From Actinomycetes bacterium (GTDB lineage Bacteria; Actinomycetota; Acidimicrobiia; Acidimicrobiales; RAAP-2): a stretch of 49,892 bases of DNA. Numbering within the stretch: position 1 is the stretch's first letter; each line of letters opens with the position of its first letter. Below, in pieces: positions 1 to 8,423 of the stretch. Made by a program: the position numbers and the translations under genes. Where the stretch lies: NCBI GenBank assembly GCA_021828005.1, contig JAKATJ010000005.1:1-49892 (forward strand). Reading direction: 5' to 3'. The notes under the pieces were generated by a model, which saw only the letters and a list, made by a program, of their open reading frames with translations, ran no database searches and had not been told where the DNA came from.

Positions 1-229
1 AGAGGTCGGTCCCGGGAGCCCAGATGCTCCTGCCCTCGAGCGTCGCGTCGCCCTCGTGCCGGAAGCCGGCGACCTTGTCGTTCATCCGGTTCAGGCTCCG
101 GAGGAAGGTCGACTTCCCGGAGCCCGTCGGGCCGATGAGCGCAGTGATCGTTCCCCGCTCCAACTGCACGTCGATCGACGAGAGGACGGGCTTGCTGCCG
201 AAGGAGAGGCAGAGGCCGCTCGTCTCCAT
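1..229 (-). CDS. pstB: Phosphate ABC transporter ATP-binding protein PstB, N-terminal 76 codons (gene continues past window start)
   Basis: Reverse-strand translation from the ATG (cat at 227-229) gives METSGLCLSFGSKPVLSSIDVQLERGTITALIGPTGSGKSTFLRSLNRMNDKVAGFRHEGDATLEGRSIW. This contains Walker A GPTGSGKST followed by the PstB-typical FLRxLNRMND motif. It is absent from the ORF track because the window edge truncates it. An in-frame GTG 45 nt upstream (start coordinate 274) is an alternative start. Confidence 0.8.
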   Translation of the reverse strand, partial: METSGLCLSFGSKPVLSSIDVQLERGTITALIGPTGSGKSTFLRSLNRMNDKVAGFRHEGDATLEGRSIWAPGTDL

Positions 230-431
230 GACGTTCGTCGGACGATCCCGGTCCGGGTCGAGTGCGTCGAGCACCGAGTCGACCGCCCGGGAGGGGAGCC
301 CTTCGGGCGACGCAGCGCCTGCGAGGTTCCGGGTGCCCTCGGTCTCTTCGGGCCGGCTGCCGGGAAGGTCAGCGGGCACGTGCTCCCGCCTGGAGCGCGG
401 CTCTCGAAGGCACGCATGAAGTCCTACCGGA

Positions 432-464
432 CAAGGGTGAACGGAATGGGAACCGAAGGGGAAT
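432..464 (-). promoter_or_regulatory. PHO-box-like array of three consecutive 11-nt direct repeat units in the pstB/marP divergent spacer
   Basis: The reverse strand reads ATTCCCCTTCG GTTCCCATTCC GTTCACCCTTG. Units 2 and 3 begin with GTTC, as in actinobacterial PhoP direct-repeat units (GTTCACC core). The array lies about 200 nt upstream of the pstB ATG. Confidence 0.4.
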
Positions 465-534
465 CACCTGCGAACGGGAGAAGAAATCTTGGGGTTGGCG
501 TCCGACGCCGTGAGGCGCGCCGTCGGTGCGATGA

Positions 535-1743
535 ATGTTCGGGAAGCGACGTTCTTGGATACCCTCCGCTGTGGTGGACTGGGTGGACATCGTGGTGGTC
601 GTCCTCGTGGCCCTCGCGGCGCTGCACGGGCTGCGGGTGGGCGCGCTGGTCCAGGTCCTCTTCTTGGCGGGCTTCGTCCTCGGCGTGACCGTCGGCGCGC
701 TGCTCGCCGGCGCCGTGGCCCCGAAGGTCCACGCCAGCTCGATGAAGGCCGCGGTCGCGCTTGCACTCGTCCTGGGTCTCGGGTTGCTCTTCGGCGTCCT
801 CGGCCGGGTCGTCGGCACCTGGGGCAACCTCACGGCCCGTCGGCTCCACCTCGGACCGGTCGACAGCGTGGCGGGCGTGGGCGTCGCAATCGTCGCTGCG
901 CTGTTCGGTGTGTGGCTGGTCGCGAACGAGCTCGTCCAGGTCCCCGACGGGTGGCTGAGCTCGGCGATCGAGGGCTCGAGCCTGGTGCGGGCGGTGGACG
1001 GCGTGATGCCACCCCTGCCGGACGTTTTCTCGAAGGTCCAGGGGTTCCTCGGAGGCTCGGGGTTCCCGCCCGTCTTCTCGGAGCTGGAGCCGACCCCCTT
1101 GCACGTGGCGATGCCGAGCGCTTTCTGGGCCGTGCGTATCGCCCGCGCCGCCGGGGCGTCCACGGTGAAGCTGCAAGGTCTTGCGTGCGGCTACGTGCAG
1201 GAGGGCTCCGCGTTCGTGATTGCACCGGGGGCGCTGGCGACGAACGCGCACGTGGTGGCCGGGGAGAGCGCCACGAACGTCGTCGTGCAAGGCCGGCAGT
1301 ACCCGGCGACGGTCGTGTACTTCGACCCGACATACGACCTCGCCGTCCTCCGCACCCGTGCGCCGCTCGGTCCGCCGCTCTCGATGGACGCGACGACAGT
1401 GCCGTCCGGCACCAAGGCGGCGGTTATCGGGTATCCCGAGGATGGCCCGCTGACCGTCGTCCCGGCAGCGGTAGCCGAGCAGCTGACCGCCCAGGGGCGG
1501 AACATCTACAACCAGGGCACAGTGACGCGCCAGGTGTACCAGATCGACGCGAACGTCGAGCCGGGCAATTCGGGTGGACCGCTCGTCGGCTCGAACGGGC
1601 AGGTGGTCGGCGTCGTCTTCTCGCGCTCGACCGCCTACCCCGACGTGGGGTACGCGTTGGCGTCGCCCGCGGCACGCGCGCGTGCGCTCGCGGCCGTGCG
1701 ACGCACGTCCGCCGTCGCCACCGGCGCATGCACGACCGGATGA
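535..1743 (+). CDS. marP: MarP-like membrane-anchored trypsin-family serine protease (CvpA-like 4-TM N-terminus plus S1 protease domain)
   Basis: 402-aa ORF. The N-terminal ~130 aa form hydrophobic helices. The C-terminal domain carries the catalytic triad contexts TNAHVV (His), YDLAVL (Asp) and GNSGGP (Ser). The exact start is uncertain. Confidence 0.85.
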   Translation: MFGKRRSWIPSAVVDWVDIVVVVLVALAALHGLRVGALVQVLFLAGFVLGVTVGALLAGAVAPKVHASSMKAAVALALVLGLGLLFGVLGRVVGTWGNLTARRLHLGPVDSVAGVGVAIVAALFGVWLVANELVQVPDGWLSSAIEGSSLVRAVDGVMPPLPDVFSKVQGFLGGSGFPPVFSELEPTPLHVAMPSAFWAVRIARAAGASTVKLQGLACGYVQEGSAFVIAPGALATNAHVVAGESATNVVVQGRQYPATVVYFDPTYDLAVLRTRAPLGPPLSMDATTVPSGTKAAVIGYPEDGPLTVVPAAVAEQLTAQGRNIYNQGTVTRQVYQIDANVEPGNSGGPLVGSNGQVVGVVFSRSTAYPDVGYALASPAARARALAAVRRTSAVATGACTTG

Positions 1744-1789
1744 CCGCCGGAGCCACCCGAAGGACCGACGCGAGCAGTACGGAGTAAGA

Positions 1790-3829
1790 ATGGCGGTCGT
1801 GGCACAGCGGATCGAAGACTACGCCGTCATCGGGGATCTTCACTCGATGGCTCTGGTCGGCCGGGACGGCTCTGTTGACTGGCTGTGCCTGCCGCACTTC
1901 GACTCGGGTGCTTGCTTCGCACGGCTTCTCGGCACCGAGGACAACGGGTTCTGGAGGATCGCACCTGCCGGCGCACCCGAGAGCGTCGTCGCCACCCGCC
2001 GGCGGTACCGCGGCAACTCGCTCGTCCTCGAGACCGAGATGGACACGGCGGATGGCACCATCCGGATCGTCGAGTGCATGCCGATCCGCGAGAAGTGGCC
2101 CGAGGTCGTGCGAATCGTTGAAGGGGTGCGGGGTGCGGTCCGGGTTCGCATGCAGATGGGCGTCCGCTTCGACTACGGCGATCAGATCCCCTGGGTGACG
2201 CGGCACGACCACCTGCTCACGGCCACCGCCGGACCCAACGCGGTGTCGCTGTGGACGCCCGCCGAGACGCGGGGCGAGGGAATGACCACGGTCTCGGAGT
2301 TCACCCTGCGCGAGGGGCAGCGTGTGCCTTTCTCGCTCACCTGGTACCCGTCGCACGAGTCGCCGCCCGCGCCCACCGACGGAAGCTACGCGATCGCGAT
2401 CACCGAGGCGTGGTGGCAGGCGTGGTCGGAGTCGTGCTGCTACGACGGTCCCTACGAGGAGGCCGTGGTCCGTTCGCTCATCACGTTGAAAGCGCTCACG
2501 TACCAGCCGACCGGTGGGATCGTCGCCGCCGCCACCACCTCGCTCCCCGAGACGCTGGGCGGGGAGAGGAACTGGGACTACCGCTACTGCTGGCTGCGGG
2601 ACGCGACGCTGACGCTGGAGGCACTCATGCTCGGCGGCTACCACGCAGAGGCCATGGCGTGGCGCGACTGGCTGCTGCGTGCGACCGCCGGCGACGTCTC
2701 TAAGCTCCAGATCATGTACGGCGCGGGTGGGGAGCGTCGTCTCGACGAGCGGGAGGTCGACTGGCTCCAGGGCTACGAGGCGTCGAAGCCTGTGCGAATC
2801 GGCAACGCAGCGGCTGGCCAGTACCAGCTCGACGTGTACGGCGAGGTCATGTCCGCGCTCTACTCCGCCGCGCGCGCGGGCGGGGTGCACACCCGGGCCA
2901 TCTGGGATCTCCAGACGAAGCTGGTCGAGTTCCTGGAGGATGGATGGCGCCAGCCGGATGACGGCCTCTGGGAGGTGCGCGGCCCGCGCCGCCACTTCAC
3001 GCACTCCAAGGTCATGGCCTGGGTCGCCGTGGATCGGGCTGTGCGGACCATGCAGGACTGGCCCGAGCTCGAAGGTCCGATCGACACGTGGCGTCGCCTG
3101 CGGGACGAGATCCGCCAGGAGATCTACGAGAAGGGCTACGACCCGGACAAGAACGCCTTCACCCAGTACTACGGCACCGACGCGCTCGATGCGAGCCTGC
3201 TCATGATCCCCCACACCGGGTTCCTGCCGGCGACGGACCCGCGCATGGTCGGTACGATCGAGGCGATCGAGCGTGAGCTCCTCGAAGACGGCTTCGTACT
3301 CCGTTACCGAACTTCGGACGAGGGGACGGTCGACGGGTTGCACGGCCGGGAGGGCGCCTTCCTCGCCTGCTCGTTCTGGCTGGCCGACTGCCTGCACCTC
3401 GTCGGCCGAAAGGACGATGCGAGCGCGTTGTTCGAGAGGCTGTTGTCCCTCCGGAGCGACCTCGGCCTCCTCGCAGAGGAGTACGACCACGTGGCGGGGA
3501 GGCAGGTGGGGAATTTCCCGCAGGCGTTCTCCCATGTCTCGCTCGTCAACACCGCGTTCCTGCTCACCGACCAAAAGCCGGTGCGGGCGGACGCCGAGAG
3601 CATGCCGGTGCACCGGCTGGACCTCCGGCGGCCCCTTGCGCCGTCCGGATCCTCGCGCTGGTCGATCGGCGCGTTGCGAGGGGTCCGCGCCAGCTCCCGG
3701 TTGGCCCGCCGCGGCGCAGCGGACGGAGCAGCACGCACCACAGGCACCGGTGCGAGCGCAGAGGACGAGAGCGCCGGAGACGGCGGGAAGGGCCGGAGGC
3801 GGCAGGGGGAGAAAGGCAGGACCACGTGA
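1790..3829 (+). CDS. Glycoside hydrolase family 15 (glucoamylase/trehalase-type) with an ~88-aa low-complexity C-terminal tail
   Basis: The internal ATG at 1790 of the 1574..3829 ORF gives MAVVAQRIEDYAVIGDLHSMALVGRDGSVDWLCLPHFDSGACFARLLG, the typical GH15 N-terminus. Also present are ERNWDYRYCWLRDA and the FPQAFSHVSLVN end motif. GGAG lies upstream. Confidence 0.9.
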   Translation: MAVVAQRIEDYAVIGDLHSMALVGRDGSVDWLCLPHFDSGACFARLLGTEDNGFWRIAPAGAPESVVATRRRYRGNSLVLETEMDTADGTIRIVECMPIREKWPEVVRIVEGVRGAVRVRMQMGVRFDYGDQIPWVTRHDHLLTATAGPNAVSLWTPAETRGEGMTTVSEFTLREGQRVPFSLTWYPSHESPPAPTDGSYAIAITEAWWQAWSESCCYDGPYEEAVVRSLITLKALTYQPTGGIVAAATTSLPETLGGERNWDYRYCWLRDATLTLEALMLGGYHAEAMAWRDWLLRATAGDVSKLQIMYGAGGERRLDEREVDWLQGYEASKPVRIGNAAAGQYQLDVYGEVMSALYSAARAGGVHTRAIWDLQTKLVEFLEDGWRQPDDGLWEVRGPRRHFTHSKVMAWVAVDRAVRTMQDWPELEGPIDTWRRLRDEIRQEIYEKGYDPDKNAFTQYYGTDALDASLLMIPHTGFLPATDPRMVGTIEAIERELLEDGFVLRYRTSDEGTVDGLHGREGAFLACSFWLADCLHLVGRKDDASALFERLLSLRSDLGLLAEEYDHVAGRQVGNFPQAFSHVSLVNTAFLLTDQKPVRADAESMPVHRLDLRRPLAPSGSSRWSIGALRGVRASSRLARRGAADGAARTTGTGASAEDESAGDGGKGRRRQGEKGRTT

Positions 3830-4875
3830 AGGCGCTGACGGTGGTACCCCTCGAGAAGGACTCCGCGGAGCTCTCCGACGTCGACGATCCCCCGGAGTCC
3901 GACGGACCCGTGCTGGTCGAGACCGTCGGTGTAGGCATCTGCGGCACCGACGTCGAGATCCTCTCGGGGGAGTACGGCTGGGCGCCGCCCGGCCGCCAGC
4001 GCCTGGTGCTCGGGCACGAGTCCTTGGGGCGCGTCGTCGACGCGCCCCCAGACGTCCCTGTCGCGAAGGGGGACCTCGTCGTCGGGATCGTGCGCCGGCC
4101 AGACCCTGTGCCATGCGGCAACTGCGCGGTCGGCGAGTGGGACTTCTGTCGCAACGGGAGGTACACCGAGCGCGGAATCAAGGAGCACGACGGCTACCTG
4201 TCCGAGCGGTACCGCATAACTCCTGAGTTCCTCGTGAAGGTCGATCCTTCGCTCGGCCTCCTCGGGGTGCTCCTCGAGCCGACGAGCGTCGTCGCCAAGG
4301 CGTGGGAGCAGGTCGACAAGGTCGGGCACCGTGCGCACTGGGAGCCCAAGACTGCGATCGTGACGGGTGCCGGCCCCATCGGGCTGCTCGCGGCGCTGAT
4401 CGGCGTGCAGCGCGGCCTCGAGGTGCACGTCATCGACCAGATGGCCTCCGGCAAGAAGCCGGATCTGGTGCGCGCGCTCGGCGCGAGCTACCACACCGGG
4501 GCGGTCGCGGACGCGGTGGACGCGCCGGACATCGTGATGGAGTGCACGGGTGTCTCGAGCCTGGTCCTCGACGCGATGGAGCACGTCGGACCCGGCGGGG
4601 TCGTCTGCCTCACCGGAGTGTCGTCGGGCGGGCGCGAGCTCTCGGTCGACGAGGGTGCCCTGAACCGCTCGATGGTCCTCTCGAACGAGTCGGTGGTCGG
4701 GTCCGTCAACGCCAATCGTCGCCACTACGAGGCGGGGGCCGCCGCGCTGGCCAGCGCCGATCGAGACTGGCTCGGTCAGCTCGTGAGCCGCACCGTGCCG
4801 CTCGATCGATGGCAGGAGGCGCTCGACCGGACCCCCGACGACGTCAAGGTCGTCGTGCAGGTGGACGTGGCGTGA
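3826..4875 (+). CDS. Glucose 1-dehydrogenase, archaeal-type zinc-dependent medium-chain dehydrogenase
   Basis: Motifs GICGTDVE, GHESLG, VRRPDPVPCGNC, YTERGIKEHDGYLSE, LLEPTSVVAKA, TGAGPIGLL and MVLSNESVVGSVNANRRHYEAG align, from memory, with Haloferax/Thermoplasma glucose dehydrogenases. The GTG start overlaps the GH15 stop (GTGA at 3826-3829). Confidence 0.85.
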   Translation: MKALTVVPLEKDSAELSDVDDPPESDGPVLVETVGVGICGTDVEILSGEYGWAPPGRQRLVLGHESLGRVVDAPPDVPVAKGDLVVGIVRRPDPVPCGNCAVGEWDFCRNGRYTERGIKEHDGYLSERYRITPEFLVKVDPSLGLLGVLLEPTSVVAKAWEQVDKVGHRAHWEPKTAIVTGAGPIGLLAALIGVQRGLEVHVIDQMASGKKPDLVRALGASYHTGAVADAVDAPDIVMECTGVSSLVLDAMEHVGPGGVVCLTGVSSGGRELSVDEGALNRSMVLSNESVVGSVNANRRHYEAGAAALASADRDWLGQLVSRTVPLDRWQEALDRTPDDVKVVVQVDVA

Positions 4876-5951
4876 CCGGGCGCCCCGAGGACAACGAGGG
4901 CGCGAACGGCCGCGAGAGCGAACCGGACCCGGGGCCGGGCCATCAGGTCACAGGGCACACGCACGCAGGAGGGATCGAGGCCCCGCGTGAAGGCGGGCCC
5001 GCAGAGCCGGTCGCGATCGGCCCGGGGGTCATCCAGATCGACACGCTGCTCGGCGGCTGGCGGCGGATGACCGCCGGCTACCTCGTGGAGGGGCCGGCCC
5101 CGGTGCTCGTGGAGACCGGGAGCCAGTCGTCGGCCGGAGCGCTTCTGGCCGCGCTCGAGCACCTCGGAGTCGGGCCCGGCGATCTTGCCGGCGTGGCGGT
5201 GACCCACATCCACCTCGACCACGCGGGGGGCGTCGGCGACGTCGCACGCGCATTCCCCGACGCGACGGTCTACGTCCACGAAAAGGGGGCCCGCCATCTC
5301 GCTGATCCGAGCCGGCTCGTGGCGTCTGCTGAGCGCGTGTACGGCCCGCTGCTCGACGACCTCTACGGCCGTCTCGAGCCGACGCCGCCAGAGCGCCTGC
5401 ACGTCCTCGCCGACACAGAGACGGTGGAGATCGGGCCCGGCCGCGTCCTGACCGCGGTGGACTCCCCCGGGCACGCGAAGCACCATCTGGGCCTGCATGA
5501 TTCGCTGAGCGGCATCCTCTTCGCGGGCGACGCCGTGGGCGTGCGGCTCCCCGACGCCGGCATCCTCCGGCCCGCGACCCCCCCGCCCGACTTCGATCTC
5601 GGCCAGGCGGTCCACTCGCTGCGAAAGTTCGCCGCGCGCCGCCCGTCGGGCATCGCCCTCGCCCACTATGGGCTGTTGGAAGACGCGGAGACCCTGCTCG
5701 AAGAGGCGGAGGCGACGCTGCGAAGCTGGGCGGAGACCGCAGAGCGCGCGCTGCGGGAGGGCCGTGATATCGCGGCTGCGCTCGAGGAGCGCTACCGCTT
5801 CGACACGAGCCACGTATCAGCAGAATTCCGCGAGAAGCTCGAGGTGCTGAACGGCTTCCACTCGAACGCGGCGGGCTTGCGGCGCTGGCTCGAGACGAGC
5901 GGGCGGATGCCGGCCGAACGGGACTACGGCGCTCCGCCGCCGGGAAGCTGA
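4872..5951 (+). CDS. MBL-fold metallo-hydrolase
   Basis: THIHLDHAGG (HxHxDH) and downstream His/Asp ligands (SPGHAKHH, FAGDAVG, AHYG). The in-frame GTG at 4872 overlaps the dehydrogenase stop (GTGA). The part of the 549-aa track ORF upstream of this overlaps the previous gene out of frame. Confidence 0.8.
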   Translation: MTGRPEDNEGANGRESEPDPGPGHQVTGHTHAGGIEAPREGGPAEPVAIGPGVIQIDTLLGGWRRMTAGYLVEGPAPVLVETGSQSSAGALLAALEHLGVGPGDLAGVAVTHIHLDHAGGVGDVARAFPDATVYVHEKGARHLADPSRLVASAERVYGPLLDDLYGRLEPTPPERLHVLADTETVEIGPGRVLTAVDSPGHAKHHLGLHDSLSGILFAGDAVGVRLPDAGILRPATPPPDFDLGQAVHSLRKFAARRPSGIALAHYGLLEDAETLLEEAEATLRSWAETAERALREGRDIAAALEERYRFDTSHVSAEFREKLEVLNGFHSNAAGLRRWLETSGRMPAERDYGAPPPGS

Positions 5952-5993
5952 CCAGCCGCGCCTCGCGGGCGCTGCCGATCAGCTTCCGTCACG

Positions 5994-6257
5994 TCAGTCG
6001 ACTCGGAGTCGCCGGCGGAGGTCGTCCTGGCGGGATTCGAACTCGTCGAGCGAGATGCGGCCATCCGCGAGGTCCTCGTGGAGGCGAGCGAACTGCTCGA
6101 GGAGGGCTACTTGGTCCTCATCGGGTGCTGCGCGGCCACCGTCGGCGTCTCCACGCTCCGCGCGGCGGGCCTGGCGGTCCTCCTGCTTGGCCTTCGCCTT
6201 CTCACGCTTCGCCTGATCGCGCTGGAGCTTTCCGACGGTGGTTCGGGGACGTGCCAT
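5994..6257 (-). CDS. Small highly charged hypothetical protein with a SHOCT-like C-terminus
   Basis: 87-aa ORF directly downstream of cspA on the same strand. It has a Lys/Arg/Glu-rich N-terminus and the C-terminus GRISLDEFESRQDDLRRRL. No other motif was recognised. Confidence 0.45.
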   Translation of the reverse strand: MARPRTTVGKLQRDQAKREKAKAKQEDRQARRAERGDADGGRAAPDEDQVALLEQFARLHEDLADGRISLDEFESRQDDLRRRLRVD

Positions 6258-6330
6258 CGTGACCCATTCCTCTCGGTTCTCGGAGCCGACCGGCCGGAGC
6301 CGGAAGGCCTGCGGCGGATCCCGGAGCGGG

Positions 6331-6531
6331 TCAGATCACCTTGACGTTGCGCGCCTCGTCACCCTTTCGTCCCGGTGCGATCTCGAATTCCACCTGCTGG
6401 CCGGCCTCCAAGGTCCGAAATCCGCTGCCCTCGATGTTCGAGTAGTGGACGAAGACGTCCTCTCCATCGGGACGCGACACGAAGCCGTAGCCCTTCTCGT
6501 TGCTGAAGAATTTTACGGTGCCGATCGGCAT
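6331..6531 (-). CDS. cspA: Cold-shock protein (CspA family)
   Basis: MPIGTVKFFSNEKGYGFVSRPDGEDVFVHYSNIEGSGFRTLEAGQQVEFEIAPGRKGDEARNVKVI carries the RNP1 (KGYGF) and RNP2 (VFVHY) motifs. It starts at the internal Met of the 148-aa track ORF. Confidence 0.95.
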   Translation of the reverse strand: MPIGTVKFFSNEKGYGFVSRPDGEDVFVHYSNIEGSGFRTLEAGQQVEFEIAPGRKGDEARNVKVI

Positions 6532-6813
6532 GATCTTCCTCTTTCTGCGTGTTGCGCGACTGCACAACGTATTGCCAGGGTGCTGCGGGCACCGGTCCGG
6601 TCGCCGCACCCGCTTGTGGCGCGGCGCTCGGGCGCTGCAGGTGCAGGGCTGTGCCCAGGCAGCCTGCAGACGGCCCCAGCCGCACGGCGGCTTTTCTCGT
6701 CGAGCTCCTGTAAGATCGAAAGGCCCACTCGAACAGGAACTCGAACGAGACCCCGCCGGCCCCTTCGGCCGGCGCACCGAGCGTACCAGGGCCGACCCAC
6801 CGGTGGAGCACCG

Positions 6814-7704
6814 CTACGAGGCCGGTTGGACGTTGCCGGTTCTCCGAGCACGGACAACCGCAGCGCGTGCAAAGGGGTGGACGCGGTGGGTCTCGGAGAT
6901 CTCGATGTCCTCGAAGCCGGCGCCGGACAAGGCTTCGTGGTATTCGACCTCGGTGAGGGCTCCGGCGATGCAACCGGTCCAAGCTGCAAGGTCGGCACGC
7001 GTCTCGGCGTCCATGCCCGGATCGGCGATCACGTCGGACACGGCAAAGCGCCCCCCTGGGCGGAGCACGCGTGCGGCTTCTCCTAGGACGACGCGCTTGT
7101 CGGCGGCCAGATTGATCACGCAGTTGGAGATCACCACGTCGACGCTCCTATCGGGGAGGGGGATCTCTTCGAGGTAGCCCTCGACGAACTCGACGTTGTC
7201 GAGGGCTGCAGCGCTGGCGTTCTGGCGGGCAAGCTCGAGCATCTCCGGGGTCATGTCGAGACCGATCGCCCTGCCGCCGGGTGCGACTCGGAGAGCTGCG
7301 ATCAGCACGTCGGCCCCTGCGCCGGATCCGAGGTCGAGGACGATCTCGCCAGGGTGCAGATCGGCGACCGCCGTAGGCACTCCACAGCCGAGCGACGCAC
7401 CCACCGCGTCCGGCGCTGCGTCGTGGTCAGCACGGTCGTACAGCGTCGCCCCGAAGAGCTCCTGCCCTGCCCCTGCGGGGTCGTACGCATTCGAGACCGC
7501 CGCGTCGCCGCAGCACGAGATGGTGCCGGCCGACCTCCCACCGGCTTCGATCGCTGCGGCAGCGTAGCGACGCCGGACGGCATCACGGATGTCCCCCGGC
7601 CCGTTCGTCTCCGCCGCCTTCTCAGCTGAGCCGCTCGTTCCGGCCGTGGCGCAGCAGGCACCTTCGGGGAAGAGGTTTTCCACCTCGGGCTGGGCTCGTG
7701 ACAT
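6814..7704 (-). CDS. arsM: Arsenite S-adenosylmethionine methyltransferase
   Basis: SAM motif [12 protein letters not shown], the conserved Cys pairs ([15 protein letters not shown]) and later Cys residues (LGCGVP, TGCIAG), plus the C-terminal FAVSDV region. The start is taken at [12 protein letters not shown] (cat 7702-7704). The gene is divergent from arsR. Confidence 0.85.
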   Translation of the reverse strand: MSRAQPEVENLFPEGACCATAGTSGSAEKAAETNGPGDIRDAVRRRYAAAAIEAGGRSAGTISCCGDAAVSNAYDPAGAGQELFGATLYDRADHDAAPDAVGASLGCGVPTAVADLHPGEIVLDLGSGAGADVLIAALRVAPGGRAIGLDMTPEMLELARQNASAAALDNVEFVEGYLEEIPLPDRSVDVVISNCVINLAADKRVVLGEAARVLRPGGRFAVSDVIADPGMDAETRADLAAWTGCIAGALTEVEYHEALSGAGFEDIEISETHRVHPFARAAVVRARRTGNVQPAS

Positions 7705-7752
7705 CGTGATCCCCTTACCTAGATGAACGTCTAATAGCGTCGCACTTACCTC

Positions 7753-7762
7753 GACATATGTC
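7753..7762. promoter_or_regulatory. Perfect 10-bp palindrome GACATATGTC in the arsM/arsR divergent spacer (candidate ArsR operator core)
   Basis: Read directly from the sequence. It sits 24 nt upstream of the arsR GTG and 49 nt upstream of the arsM ATG. Direct repeats CTTACCT flank it. Confidence 0.35.
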
Positions 7763-7785
7763 AAGGAGCACGTTATGCTGGTGCT

Positions 7786-8142
7786 GTGCCGAAGTCGCTC
7801 CCCGTCATCGAGCTTTCCGGCCCGCTGTGCTGCCCACCTGTAGCGGTCGGCGTGATCAGCGACGCCGATGCGCTCGAGGTGGCCCTCAGGTTGAAGGCAC
7901 TCGCCGACCCGGTCCGGATCAAACTGCTCTCGTTCGTGCTCGCGGCAGGCTTCAACGGCATCCGCAACACCGACCTGGCCCGTGAGCTACAACTTACCGA
8001 CGCCACGGTCAGCCACCATCTTCGACAGCTCAGCCGCGCGGGCCTTCTCACGGCGACCCGCAAAGGAGCGAGCACCTACTACGTTGCCGACCGTTCCGCG
8101 CTCGGGGCACTCGTGCGGGTCATGGACCCCCACTGCTGCTGA
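7786..8142 (+). CDS. arsR: ArsR/SmtB family metalloregulator
   Basis: HTH segment LARELQLTDATVSHHLRQLSRAGLL and LADPVRIKLL. There is a Cys pair near the N-terminus (LCCPP) and one at the extreme C-terminus (PHCC). Confidence 0.85.
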   Translation: MPKSLPVIELSGPLCCPPVAVGVISDADALEVALRLKALADPVRIKLLSFVLAAGFNGIRNTDLARELQLTDATVSHHLRQLSRAGLLTATRKGASTYYVADRSALGALVRVMDPHCC

Positions 8143-8261
8143 TCCGTTCTCGGCGCCCCGCTTCGTTCTCGGTGACCGCCCGCCCGCGTGTCGGCGCGTG
8201 CACCTGCGCGAGGGTTTGGCCCGCCGTGCAGGCAGTTCGTTGCCTTCACGGCCGAGCAGAG

Positions 8262-8347
8262 CGGAGGCGGTGGGATTTGAACCCACGGTACCCAGGGGGT
8301 ACAACGGTTTTCGAGACCGTCCGATTCGGCCGCTCTCGCACGCCTCC
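8262..8347 (-). tRNA. tRNA-Ser (anticodon CGA)
   Basis: The reverse complement is GGAGGCGTGCGAGAGCGGCCGAATCGGACGGTCTCGAAAACCGTTGTACCCCCTGGGTACCGTGGGTTCAAATCCCACCGCCTCCG. It has a 7-bp acceptor stem, a CU-CGA-AA anticodon loop, a long variable arm and a GGTTCAAATCC T-loop. No CCA is encoded. Confidence 0.9.
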
Positions 8348-8423
8348 GGCGCAGAGGTTATCGGGTCTGGAAGGGCCAGGACCTCGAGACGTGGTGCCGG
8401 CTCGCGCCTTCGGGCTCGATGCT

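Noticed and set aside
1424-4114. 896-aa minus-strand ORF, the longest ORF in this part of the track
   Set aside because: It runs antisense to the well-supported GH15 and glucose dehydrogenase genes. The translation is Arg/Pro/Gly/Ala low-complexity with no motif. It is a typical stop-poor antisense frame in high-GC DNA.
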